From an uncultured Candidatus Saccharibacteria bacterium (GTDB taxonomy: Bacteria > Patescibacteriota > Minisyncoccia > Minisyncoccales > Staskawiczbacteraceae), in the NCBI GenBank assembly GCA_964599285.1, contig CAZREI010000004.1, positions 1 to 58,994 on the forward strand: a stretch of 58,994 nt of DNA, read 5' to 3'. Every line of letters begins with the position of its first letter. Position 1 is the first letter of the stretch. The translations under genes were made by a program, and so were the position numbers. This document shows, piece by piece, positions 9,039 to 18,449 of the stretch. The notes beneath the pieces are model-generated. The model worked only from the letters and a program-made list of their open reading frames with translations. It searched no databases and was not told the origin of the DNA.

Positions 9039-10334
9039 ATGCTAGATATCAATAACATTCGCGATCACAAAGAAGAAACTAAAAAGTCCCTTTTGAAAAG
9101 ATTAAAAGAAGGCGATTTTAATTTGGATGAAATTATTGGTTTGGACGACCAGCGCAAACAGTTGCTCACCAAAGTTGAGCAACTTAAAGCCGAGCGCAAT
9201 AAAAATTCCAAAACCAAACCCACTCCAGAAATGATTGAAAAAATGAAAATGGTTGGAGAGGAAATAAAATCGTTAGATGAGCAAATAAAAAATGTAGAAA
9301 GCCAACTAAAAGAAACAGTATCAGCTCTGCCTAATCTTCTGTCCGAAGACGTGCCGGTGGGAAAAGATGAATCGGAAAATAAAGTTATCAGACAGTGGGG
9401 AAGTGTGCCAAAATTTAGCTTTGAAATAAAGGATCATGTGCGGCTTGGGCAGGATCTGGATTTAATCGACAATGAAACTGCTTCAAAGGTTTCCGGTGCG
9501 CGTTTTACCTATTTAAAAAATGAGTTGGCTCTGTTGCAATTTGCCTTAATCCAGCACGCATTTTTTGTTTTAACTAATCCCAAAATTATTAAAAAAATTG
9601 CCGATTCAGTAAAAAAGGGATTTAGCGCAAAGCCGTTTACGCTCGTTATTCCACCGGTTATGGTAAAACCCGACGTATTTTGGAAAATGGCGCGATTGGA
9701 ACCCAAAGAAGAACGATATTACATTCCATCAGACAGTGTGTATCTAGTGGGAAGTGCCGAGCATACGTTGGGGCCCATGCACATGGATCAAGTTATTTTA
9801 GAGCAGGATTTGCCGTTGCGTTACGTGGGATATTCGACCGCGTTTCGCCGAGAAGCCGGATCGTACGGAAAAGATACCAAGGGCATTTTACGTATGCACC
9901 AGTTTGATAAAATTGAAATGGAAAGTTTTTCAAAGCCGGAAGACTCTATTGGCGAACAGAATTTTTTTGTAGCTATCCAGGAATACCTATTGCAATCATT
10001 GAAAATTCCATACCAGGTGGTGATGATTTGCACCGGAGATATGGGCGGACCCGATGCCCGGCAAATTGATATTGAGTGCTGGATGCCCGGGCAAAATAAA
10101 TATCGGGAAACCCATACCGCAGATTTGATGACTGATTATCAAGCACGCCGGTTAAATACGAAACTCAAAAGAAAAAATGGTAAAAATGAATTTGTCCACA
10201 TGAACGATGCCACGGTTTTTGCTATTGGCAGGACCTTAATTGCTATTTTGGAAAATTACCAGCAAAAAGATGGGAGCGTGAAAGTGCCCAAGGTTTTGCA
10301 AAAATATACGGGGTTTAAGGTTATTCGTCGTTAG
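9039..10334 (+). CDS. serS: Serine--tRNA ligase
   Basis: MLDI N-terminal coiled coil, LPNL, AFRREAGSYGKDTKGILRMHQFDK, HMNDATVFAIGRTLIAILENYQ. Confidence 0.96.
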   Translation: MLDINNIRDHKEETKKSLLKRLKEGDFNLDEIIGLDDQRKQLLTKVEQLKAERNKNSKTKPTPEMIEKMKMVGEEIKSLDEQIKNVESQLKETVSALPNLLSEDVPVGKDESENKVIRQWGSVPKFSFEIKDHVRLGQDLDLIDNETASKVSGARFTYLKNELALLQFALIQHAFFVLTNPKIIKKIADSVKKGFSAKPFTLVIPPVMVKPDVFWKMARLEPKEERYYIPSDSVYLVGSAEHTLGPMHMDQVILEQDLPLRYVGYSTAFRREAGSYGKDTKGILRMHQFDKIEMESFSKPEDSIGEQNFFVAIQEYLLQSLKIPYQVVMICTGDMGGPDARQIDIECWMPGQNKYRETHTADLMTDYQARRLNTKLKRKNGKNEFVHMNDATVFAIGRTLIAILENYQQKDGSVKVPKVLQKYTGFKVIRR

Positions 10335-10337
10335 TTC

Positions 10338-10447
10338 GTCATTGCGAGGCGCACCGAAGCAATCTTAAGGCAACTGGATTGCCACGCTGACAAGATGTGG
10401 GTGTAATTGGCCGCAGCCAATTCGCCCCATCTTTGGCTCGCAGTGAC
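10338..10447. repeat. GTCATTGCG palindromic element
   Basis: GTCATTGCGAGGCGCACCGAAGCAATC...GATTGCCACG...GCTCGCAGTGAC. Confidence 0.8.
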
Positions 10448-10452
10448 GACAC

Positions 10453-11244
10453 GTGAGTGTGGAAGAAAGACAAATTTTGGTTAAAAATTTACAGGTAAAC
10501 TACAAGGTTTTTGGCCAAGGCAAGCCCATGCTTATTTTGCATGGCTGGCCTTCAAGTTCGGAAAAATGGGTGGCGGTGGGGGAATTATTATCGCAAACCC
10601 ATTCGGCGGGCTCGGGGCAGGAAGGTTTGAAAGTGATTGTTCCCGATTTGCCTGGTTTTGGCAAAAGCCAGCAGCCTTCGCAAGCTTGGAATACCGACAG
10701 TTACATTGAATGGGTCAGAGAATTTTGTGACAATGTGGACGGTCTTGCGGGCGAATTTTATTTGCTGGGGCATTCCTTTGGCGGGTCGCTGGCGGCAAAG
10801 TTTGCCGTAAAATATAACCAACGAATTACAAAACTTTTTTTAATTTCCGCGGCGGCAGTCCGAGAATCCACTCCCAAAAAAAAGTTTTATTATCAGATTT
10901 CCAGAGTAGGAAAAATATTTTCTTTTGTGCCCGGATACCCCCTTTTTAAAAAAGCTTTTTATAAATTTATCATCAGAAAAACCGATTATCCTTACGTAAA
11001 GGGCGTTATGAAAGAGACATACATAAAAGTAGTTTCGGAAGATTTATCGCATCGGCTGTCATTTATAAAAGTGCCGACCGTAATTATCTGGGGGGCAAAA
11101 GATGACTCAACGCCGCTGGAAGACGGCCAATTTATTCACGGAAAAATAAAAAATTCAACCCTGGTGGTAGTGCCAGATAAAAAGCATTCTTTGCAAATTG
11201 AAGCACCAGAATTGTTGGCCGAAAAAATATTAGCAAATATGTAA
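10453..11244 (+). CDS. Alpha/beta hydrolase
   Basis: LHGW, PDLPGFG, GHSFGG nucleophile elbow, WGAKD and a C-terminal His. Confidence 0.9.
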   Translation: MSVEERQILVKNLQVNYKVFGQGKPMLILHGWPSSSEKWVAVGELLSQTHSAGSGQEGLKVIVPDLPGFGKSQQPSQAWNTDSYIEWVREFCDNVDGLAGEFYLLGHSFGGSLAAKFAVKYNQRITKLFLISAAAVRESTPKKKFYYQISRVGKIFSFVPGYPLFKKAFYKFIIRKTDYPYVKGVMKETYIKVVSEDLSHRLSFIKVPTVIIWGAKDDSTPLEDGQFIHGKIKNSTLVVVPDKKHSLQIEAPELLAEKILANM

Positions 11245-11252
11245 CATAGTTC

Positions 11253-11319
11253 GTCATTGCGAGCAAAGCGAAGCAATCTTAGTAAAAAAATGGATTGCCA
11301 CGCTGCGGCTCGCAATGAC
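11253..11319. repeat. GTCATTGCG palindromic element upstream of the Mur ligase
   Basis: GTCATTGCGAGCAAAGCGAAGCAATC...GATTGCCACGCTGCGGCTCGCAATGAC. Confidence 0.85.
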
Positions 11320-11328
11320 GACCGATGG

Positions 11329-12972
11329 ATGGATTTTTTAATCAGAGCAATCAGTTTTCTTTGGTTTATAAGAACAATTAAGTTTGTTCTTTTTTGGATT
11401 TATCTTTGGCAGTTAAAGGAGTACCACGTTGGCCGATTTTTGGATCACTTTAAAACCTACAAAGGCAAAAAATTATTGTTTGATCCGCTGGTAGCTGTGA
11501 AAATACTTTTGCTGCCCTTACTTTTTTTACGTCCTGGATTTGCTTGGATTTTACTATTGGTTTATGGCGCGGAATTTTTGTTTTTTGGCTTAACGATTGT
11601 AAAAAGAACTTTCAAAAAACCGGTATTTACTGGCAAAGTCATTTTATTAACCGTTGTTTCTTTAGCATTGGCCGTGGCATTTTTGGTGGAGGCATACGTG
11701 GTCAAAAACAATGTCTTATTTGCCGCGAGCCTTTTGATTTTTGATATAGTTACTCCGATTGTCGTTTCTTTTGTTGTGCTGATATTTCAGCCATTTTTTG
11801 TAATGGCGCGCCGGCGAATTTTAAAAAAAGCGGCGCGAAAAATGGCAGAGCATAAAAATCTTATTGTTATTGGCATTACCGGAAGCTATGGCAAAACATC
11901 CACCAAAGAATTTTTAGCCACGATATTGTCATCAAAATTTAACGTGCTGGCTACGCCCGATCATAAAAATTCGGAAATGGGCATTGCGCAAACTATTTTG
12001 CAAGACCTGCGCCCCGAACACCAAGTGTTTATCGTGGAAATGGGGTCGTATAATAAAGGTGGCATAAAGTTATTGTGCGACATGGTAAAGCCGCGCATCG
12101 GCATGGTGACTGGCGTTAACCAACAGCACTTGGCAACGTTCGGATCTATGGAAAATTTGCTCTGGGCAGAAGGTGGCCGAGAGCTGGTTCAATGTTTGCC
12201 AAAAAATGGCTTGGTCATTGTTAATGGCGACAACCCTTACTGTTTGGATTTATACAAAAAAATATATACGCTGGCCGGCGGATTAAAAAAACAGTTGTAC
12301 ACGACAAAAAAGGAAAAATTGGAATCGGATATTTGGACCGAAGACATCAGCGTAAAAAAAGAAAGCCTGTCGTTTATCGCGCGCGACAAAGACGGGTACC
12401 TTGCCTCTATGAGTGTCAGCGTGCTTGGCAAACAGAATGTCCAAAATCTTCTGGCCGCGATACTGGCGGCAAAGAGCCTTGGCATGAGTTTGCAAGACAT
12501 TGCTCTGGCGGTCAAGCACATCAGGCCCGAACAAGCTGGCATGACTATAAAAAGGGGAGCGCACGGAATTGAAATTATTGATTCGTCGTACTCTTCAAAT
12601 CCCGATGGCGTGATGGCGGATTTGGATTATTTGAATATTTTTCCCGGAAGAAAAGTTTTGGTGATGCCTTGCTTAATTGAGTTGGGGAGTGAATCATCAA
12701 ACATCCACAAAAAAATAGGAAAAAAAATCGCCCAAGTTTGTGACATGGCAATTATTACTACTCGCGATCAATTTGAAAATATTAAAAAAGGAGCCACAGA
12801 AAATGGCATGGATGAAAAGCAAATCTTATTGTGCGACCCTTCGATTTCAATCAGGGCAGGCAAACCGCAGGAAATTGTAAGTCACATAACTACGTTCTGC
12901 AAAGAAGGCGACGCGGTGTTGCTGGAAGGTCGAGTGCCAAGCCAACTGATTACCTTATTATATGGACAGTAA
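11329..12972 (+). CDS. murF: MurF-like Mur ligase with N-terminal membrane segments
   Basis: ITGSYGKTSTKE P-loop, VEMG, IIDSSYSSNPDG, LVMPCLIELG. Confidence 0.8.
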   Translation: MDFLIRAISFLWFIRTIKFVLFWIYLWQLKEYHVGRFLDHFKTYKGKKLLFDPLVAVKILLLPLLFLRPGFAWILLLVYGAEFLFFGLTIVKRTFKKPVFTGKVILLTVVSLALAVAFLVEAYVVKNNVLFAASLLIFDIVTPIVVSFVVLIFQPFFVMARRRILKKAARKMAEHKNLIVIGITGSYGKTSTKEFLATILSSKFNVLATPDHKNSEMGIAQTILQDLRPEHQVFIVEMGSYNKGGIKLLCDMVKPRIGMVTGVNQQHLATFGSMENLLWAEGGRELVQCLPKNGLVIVNGDNPYCLDLYKKIYTLAGGLKKQLYTTKKEKLESDIWTEDISVKKESLSFIARDKDGYLASMSVSVLGKQNVQNLLAAILAAKSLGMSLQDIALAVKHIRPEQAGMTIKRGAHGIEIIDSSYSSNPDGVMADLDYLNIFPGRKVLVMPCLIELGSESSNIHKKIGKKIAQVCDMAIITTRDQFENIKKGATENGMDEKQILLCDPSISIRAGKPQEIVSHITTFCKEGDAVLLEGRVPSQLITLLYGQ

Positions 12973-14263
12973 ATTCCCAACCAAAGGCTGGTCCGCCCTT
13001 GGCGGAAAACCTATTTCTATTTCACTTTCTCCCAATGTCCAGCGCGACGATGTGGTTTTGGCTTTGAAGTTACTCTTTCAGCCTTGGAAGTGGAAGCGAG
13101 GTGGCGCCATCAAACAATTTGAAGATGAATTTAAAAATTACCTTGGCATCAAGTATGCGTTCTCTTTTAATAGTGGGAGGTCTTCGCTTTTCGCTATTTT
13201 GAAAGCGCTTAATTTGGAAAAAGGAAGTGATGTATTGTTACAGGCTTTTACCTGCAATGCAGTGCCAAATCCGGTATTATGGGCGGGTTTAAATCCAGTC
13301 TATGTTGATTGCACCGATGATTTTAATATTGACTTGTCGTCATTGCGAGCAACAGCGCGGCAATCCAGGGTATTGATAGTCCAGCACACGTTCGGCCTAC
13401 CCGCAAACCTGGATGAAGTTTTGGAAATTACCCGTCAACATAATATGGTTGTCATTGAAGATTGTGCCCACGCGCTTGGCGCGGAATTTAATGGAAACCC
13501 GGCCTTCGCGCAAGGCTTTGGCGGGCGAAGAAAAGTAGGCACCTTCGGTGACGCGGCATTTTTCAGTTTTTCGCGCGACAAAGTTATTTCTTCGGTGTAT
13601 GGAGGAATGGCAGTGACCAATAACGATCAGATTGGAAAAAAGTTAGAGGCACTTCAAAAAGAATTCGGCCAACCTAGTTTTTTTTGGATAAGACAACAAA
13701 TTCTGCATTCTATTTTACTTTGGTTTATTATCTTGCCGTTATATAATGTTATAGATCTTGGAAAATTATTTTTGGTGTTTTCGCAGTGGCTGCAGGTATT
13801 ATCAAAAGCGGTAAGCTGGCAGGAAAAGCGCGGCCAAAAACCTGATTATTTTCCCAAGGCCCTGCCCAATGCTTTGGCCGCGATGGCGTTGCATCAATTT
13901 GAAAAATTGGAAACATTTAACGCGCATCGCAAAAAAATTGCCGAATTTTATTATCAGGAATTGCAGAATACAACTTTTGTGTTGCCCAAACCCGGTGGTA
14001 TTTTTTTGCGCTTTGCTGTCCAGCATCCCAAGGCTCATGAAATATTGTATGAAGCTTGGCATCAGGAGAACATGTTGCTGGGGGATTGGTATCGCAGTCC
14101 CGTGGATCCGCATGATACACAATTAGAAGCGCTCAAATACCAAAAAGGAACCTGCCCAAACGCCGAAAGCCTAGCCAAAAAAACCTTAAACCTGCCAACC
14201 CACATCAATATTTCCATGGAAAATGCACGAAGAATCGTAGATTTTTTGAAAAAATGGAAATAA
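12962..14263 (+). CDS. DegT/DnrJ/EryC1/StrS-family PLP aminotransferase
   Basis: FNSGRSSL, IVQHTFG, VIEDCAHALG, FSFSRDK and LNLPTH. Confidence 0.9.
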   Translation: MDSKFPTKGWSALGGKPISISLSPNVQRDDVVLALKLLFQPWKWKRGGAIKQFEDEFKNYLGIKYAFSFNSGRSSLFAILKALNLEKGSDVLLQAFTCNAVPNPVLWAGLNPVYVDCTDDFNIDLSSLRATARQSRVLIVQHTFGLPANLDEVLEITRQHNMVVIEDCAHALGAEFNGNPAFAQGFGGRRKVGTFGDAAFFSFSRDKVISSVYGGMAVTNNDQIGKKLEALQKEFGQPSFFWIRQQILHSILLWFIILPLYNVIDLGKLFLVFSQWLQVLSKAVSWQEKRGQKPDYFPKALPNALAAMALHQFEKLETFNAHRKKIAEFYYQELQNTTFVLPKPGGIFLRFAVQHPKAHEILYEAWHQENMLLGDWYRSPVDPHDTQLEALKYQKGTCPNAESLAKKTLNLPTHINISMENARRIVDFLKKWK

Positions 14264-14307
14264 AAATGGGCAGATAGTCATGCGACTGTCTGCCCTACGA
14301 TAATGAA

Positions 14308-14535
14308 CTATGCGCGGAATGCCGCAACCTCTTTGAACCTGATAGCAACCTTGCCCCCCGTTTCAATTTTGAGGTAGAAGTGATCATTGGCCACTGTTGT
14401 CGGCACTCCTTCGTATTCCTTGCCACCGGAAATAACGACGTGGCACTTATGACCCCGCCCATACTTCTCATCGGCCATGTCCTGCAAACGAGATCTGAGC
14501 TGAGCTTCGAACCCCTCTTCGCGACGTCCAAACAT
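14308..14535 (-). CDS. Small hypothetical protein, possible Sm/LSm-like beta barrel
   Basis: AAGGAG SD before ATG (MFGRREE); C-terminal pattern CHVVISGGKEYEG...HFYLKIETGGKVAIRFKEVAAF. Confidence 0.55.
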   Translation of the reverse strand: MFGRREEGFEAQLRSRLQDMADEKYGRGHKCHVVISGGKEYEGVPTTVANDHFYLKIETGGKVAIRFKEVAAFRA

Positions 14536-14605
14536 GGATATCTCCTTGAATAAATCGAAAGGTTTCAACCAATAATTATGCTATCAGATTAAATTAAAGT
14601 TGTCA

Positions 14606-15637
14606 ATGGAAATAAAAGAAATTACTGATAAAAAAATTTGGGAGGATTTTTTGCTTCAATGCACCGAGAAGACTTTTTTGCAGTCTTGGAATTGGGGTCA
14701 GTTTCAGCAATCAATGCAAAAAAAAATCTGGCGATTTGGCATGTATCAAGATGGCCAGTTAGTTTCCGTGGCGCTGGTAATCAAAATGACGGCAAAGCGG
14801 GGGTCGTTTTTGTTGGTGCCCCACGGACCAGTAGTAGAATTAAAAAGTAATCCATTCAAACCTTTTATTTTAAAACTACTCAAAGATACATTGCTGGAGC
14901 TATCTAAAAAGGAAAAAACTGACTTTATGCGAATAAGCCCGATATGGGAAAGAACTCATGAAAATGAAAAGCTATTTGGAGAACTTGATTTTCGTCTGCG
15001 GCCATTGCATACGCATCCGGAATCAAGTTGGAAATTAAATATTCAGTCCACCGAAAAAGAACTGTTTGATGCCATGAGAAAAACGACACGATACTTAATT
15101 GGCAAAGCGCAAAAAGATGTAGACATAGAAATTATCAAAAGCATTGATATTGGCGACATTGAACAATTTAACGCCATGCACTTGGAAGTGGTAAAAAAAC
15201 AAAAATTCGTGCCGTTTTCCCTGGAATATTTTAAAAAAGAATTTGCGGCGTTTTTGCCAGACAATCAAATTTCCATTTTTTTTGCCAAATATAAGGGAAA
15301 AATCATTGCCGCTTCTTATGAAATTTTTTGGTCAGAAGTTGCGTTTTACCATCATGCCGCGTTATTGCCCGAGTATAAAAAAATTCCCGTTTCTTATTTG
15401 TTACAATGGGAAGCAATCGAGGAAGCAAAAAGAAGAGGATGCAAAGTATACGACTTTTGGGGGCACATTGACCCGGTAAAATATCCAAAACACCCTTACG
15501 CGGGGCCGACACTTTTTAAAATGGGTTTTGGCGGCTACGTAAAAGAGTATGTCAAAACGCAGGACTTTGTCATTTCCCAAAAATATTGGTTAAACTATAT
15601 TATAGAAACAGCGCGGCGCATAAAACGAGGACTCTGA
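14606..15637 (+). CDS. FemAB/FemX-family peptidoglycan bridge aminoacyltransferase
   Basis: TFLQSWNWG, PHGP, MRKTTRYLIGKA, YLLQWEAIEEAKRRG...YDFWG and FKMGFGG. Confidence 0.9.
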   Translation: MEIKEITDKKIWEDFLLQCTEKTFLQSWNWGQFQQSMQKKIWRFGMYQDGQLVSVALVIKMTAKRGSFLLVPHGPVVELKSNPFKPFILKLLKDTLLELSKKEKTDFMRISPIWERTHENEKLFGELDFRLRPLHTHPESSWKLNIQSTEKELFDAMRKTTRYLIGKAQKDVDIEIIKSIDIGDIEQFNAMHLEVVKKQKFVPFSLEYFKKEFAAFLPDNQISIFFAKYKGKIIAASYEIFWSEVAFYHHAALLPEYKKIPVSYLLQWEAIEEAKRRGCKVYDFWGHIDPVKYPKHPYAGPTLFKMGFGGYVKEYVKTQDFVISQKYWLNYIIETARRIKRGL

Positions 15638-15742
15638 AACTAAATTACAAACCACAAATTACAAATCACAAACACGGTTTTGAATTTAGAGATTAGGATT
15701 TAGATATTGTTTGTAATTTGTATATTGTAATTTGGAATTTGC

Positions 15743-16558
15743 ATGAATTATCGGAAAAAGTATATAAGTCCAAGGGTGCGGCATCTTAAGCCCAAAAAAA
15801 AGTTTTTCCAAAAGCCGGTGTTTTGGATTGTGCTTGCGGCGGTTCTGGCCGGCGCGCTTGCCTATGTGTTGCTATTTTATTCAACGTTCCAGGTCAGTCA
15901 TATTGAAATTTCCGGAAACGAAAAAATTCATAGCCAAGATATTACCGCACGGGTGAATAAAGATATTCAAAAAACCTTTTTGGCCGCCGGCGCTTTTTCC
16001 ATTGCTTCCAGAAGTATTTTCATTGCTTCCAGTGGCGCTATTACCAAAGATTTGCTTGCCGCTTTTCCAGAAATGGAAAACGCGCGTGTGCAAAAAAAAC
16101 TGCCTCAAGATATTTTGATTACGATTGAAGAGCGCCAACCCTTTGCTGTTTTTTGTAATGGACAAAATCCGGAGCATTGTTTTTTCATTGATGATCAAGG
16201 CGTCGTTTTTCAATCATTGTCTTCTGACACGCAAAGCGATTTGCCCGTGATGAGGCTGACATCGGCCGGCCAAGTTGCGATGGGTCAAACAGTCGCTTCA
16301 GGCACAGAAATTGAAGCTGTCAAAAGTATTCAAAAAAATATAAAAAATAATTTCCAGATTGACGCCAAGGAAATTTGGCTTGGCACGCCGATGATTATAA
16401 AAACGTCGGAGCAGTGGAAACTCTATATTGATCCAACGCAAGATATTGATTTGCAAATTACCAAACTAAACGCGCTCCTTGGCAGTATGCCGGAAGCCAA
16501 TCGTAAAAACCTCCAGTATATTTATCTTCAATATAGAGACCGGGCGTTTTACAAATGA
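15743..16558 (+). CDS. FtsQ/DivIB-like POTRA-domain protein
   Basis: N-terminal TM, IEISGNEKI POTRA, KKLPQDILITIEER and C-terminal YIYLQYRDRAFYK. Confidence 0.72.
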   Translation: MNYRKKYISPRVRHLKPKKKFFQKPVFWIVLAAVLAGALAYVLLFYSTFQVSHIEISGNEKIHSQDITARVNKDIQKTFLAAGAFSIASRSIFIASSGAITKDLLAAFPEMENARVQKKLPQDILITIEERQPFAVFCNGQNPEHCFFIDDQGVVFQSLSSDTQSDLPVMRLTSAGQVAMGQTVASGTEIEAVKSIQKNIKNNFQIDAKEIWLGTPMIIKTSEQWKLYIDPTQDIDLQITKLNALLGSMPEANRKNLQYIYLQYRDRAFYK

Positions 16559-16679
16559 TTGATTTTTCGCACAAGCCCGGTATCTGCGTAAATATTGCGC
16601 AGATACCCGACTTGTGTGCGCCCTGGACAAAGTTTTTATTTTAGGTAGTATGCGTAGTTGAGTAACGCGATACACTGCC

Positions 16680-17342
16680 ATGAACCAAAAGCAAAAGGAG
16701 CTGGTCAAAGTTTTCATCTTTTTATTTATTTTCAGTTTTATTGTCATCAATTGGGAAGAGGTTTCCTGGATTTTTAATTACAAAGAGTTGTATGGCTTGG
16801 CCTACGATTTTTTTAATCCTTATCCTGACCAAAACGATACGTTGCTTAGCGATATTACCCTTGCCAGCATCAGCCCCGAGGCCATTCAAACACAAGCAAG
16901 CTACGATAAAATTATTACCGCGCTACAAATTCCAGCCATTGATCTTTCCACGCCTGTTATTCAAGCCGAAAGCACCGACCGGACCATCTTGGCACAAGAA
17001 CTTGACCAGGGCGCGGTGGATTACCCGGGATCTGTGTTGCCGGGGGACAACGGTCAAATTGTCATTTTGAGCCACTCGGCTCCGCCCAATTGGCCATGCG
17101 TCAAGCACGATTGCAATTTCAGCAAGCTGGAAAATTTGAATGTCGGAGACCAGATTATTTTACAGTCCAGCGACCACCAGTACATTTACCTTGTCAAGGA
17201 CAAAAAAATAATCCCCAAAGGAGGGGACATCAGTTCGCCATTGTTGACCGGTCAAAATAACATCGTAACACTGGTCAGCTGTTATCCGCCTGGTAAAAAC
17301 ATCCAGCGCATCGCCGTGACGGCAGAATTGCTAAAACAATGA
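16680..17342 (+). CDS. Sortase-family protein
   Basis: N-terminal TM, ILSHS (His), TLVSCYPPG (catalytic Cys) and QR (Arg). Confidence 0.88.
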   Translation: MNQKQKELVKVFIFLFIFSFIVINWEEVSWIFNYKELYGLAYDFFNPYPDQNDTLLSDITLASISPEAIQTQASYDKIITALQIPAIDLSTPVIQAESTDRTILAQELDQGAVDYPGSVLPGDNGQIVILSHSAPPNWPCVKHDCNFSKLENLNVGDQIILQSSDHQYIYLVKDKKIIPKGGDISSPLLTGQNNIVTLVSCYPPGKNIQRIAVTAELLKQ

Positions 17343-17401
17343 TAATGCAAATCTGCAAATCTTATGCGAATGCCGCGAATTTGCTAATCTACGAATTACT
17401 G

Positions 17402-17553
17402 GATTGCCACGTTGTGGATCGCAATGACGATGAGAGGTGTATACGCGTTCGTCGTCATTGCGAGTGCCGGCTCGCAAGCCGGACACGCGGCAATCCAGAC
17501 ACATTAGCAATTTTGTAGATTAGCATAAGATTTGTAGATTTGCATTGCCATTA
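17402..17553. repeat. GTCATTGCG element plus ACACATTAGCAATTTTGTAGAT repeat
   Basis: Inverted GATTGCC...GCAATGAC / GTCATTGCG...GCAATC pair; 17499-17553 is repeated at 18363-18449. Confidence 0.75.
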
Positions 17554-18177
17554 TTTTCGGCCTTCAAACGCCGACTCTAAAGTTTCCTCATCAGCATACT
17601 CAAGCTCTCCTCCCACCGGTAGGCCTTTTGCCAGGTGGGTTATTTTTATGGCTGCAAACGACGGCAGTTCTTTGAGTATTTTTTCCACGGCCAGGGATGC
17701 CGCTTTGCCCTCGGGTGTCGGGTTGGTGGCAATGATAATTTCCGTAATATCGTGTTTTGGCAGGCCGAACTTTTCCGGATTTTCCATGTGCTTTTTTAAA
17801 TCATCAATACGCAATTCGTTGTTGGCAACTTTGCGCAGGGTAAGCGAATTGCTTCCCAAAATAAAATACAGTCCTTTGTAGCGTTTGGTAGCTTCAATGG
17901 ACAATAAGTCCGTTTCTTTTTCCACAATGCACAACATTTGCCGATTGCGTCCGTTATCTTGACAGATTGGGCAGAGCTTTTGTTGGCTCTGGTGCGGGTT
18001 AAAACAAAAATCGCACAAAGCGATGCTGGTTTTTAATTCCTGGATGGCGCTGATAAGATTTTCCACTTCTTGTTTTGGCTGGTTAATCAAATAAAAAACA
18101 AAACGTCCGGCCGTGCGCGGACCAACGGTGGGGAACTTGGCAAAGAGGTCGGTAAGACGCTTTATGCTATCGGGCAT
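17551..18177 (-). CDS. recR: Recombination mediator RecR
   Basis: FPTVGPRTAGR, C4 zinc finger (CDFC...CPIC), Toprim IIATNPTPEG and GLPVGGELEYAD. Confidence 0.95.
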   Translation of the reverse strand: MPDSIKRLTDLFAKFPTVGPRTAGRFVFYLINQPKQEVENLISAIQELKTSIALCDFCFNPHQSQQKLCPICQDNGRNRQMLCIVEKETDLLSIEATKRYKGLYFILGSNSLTLRKVANNELRIDDLKKHMENPEKFGLPKHDITEIIIATNPTPEGKAASLAVEKILKELPSFAAIKITHLAKGLPVGGELEYADEETLESAFEGRK

Positions 18178-18259
18178 AAAAAATTATTCTAATTAACCTA
18201 ATTATTCTAATTAACCTAATCAAATCCCAATGACAAAATGTCTAAATTTGAAAACGCTG

Positions 18260-18449
18260 GATTGCCGCGTCTCCGACTCTGGTCGGGACTCGCAATGACG
18301 GTGAGTGAGTGAGTGTGTGTACGCACGCTCGTCATTGCGAGGTACGCCGAAGCAATCTTGTTACACATTAGCAATTTTGTAGATTAGCACAAGATTTTCC
18401 GCCGAAGGACGGATTCGTCCTCTGGCGAAGTAGATTTGCATTACCATTA
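18260..18449. repeat. GTCATTGCG element pair and repeat with an inserted CCGCC hairpin
   Basis: Direct sequence comparison with 17402-17553. Confidence 0.75.

Noticed and set aside
18398-18429. Similarity of GCCGAA..CGGATTCGTCC to the H2 loop of array copies A and E
   Set aside because: The match is short and the loop is not conserved in copies B, C and D, so it cannot be distinguished from chance.
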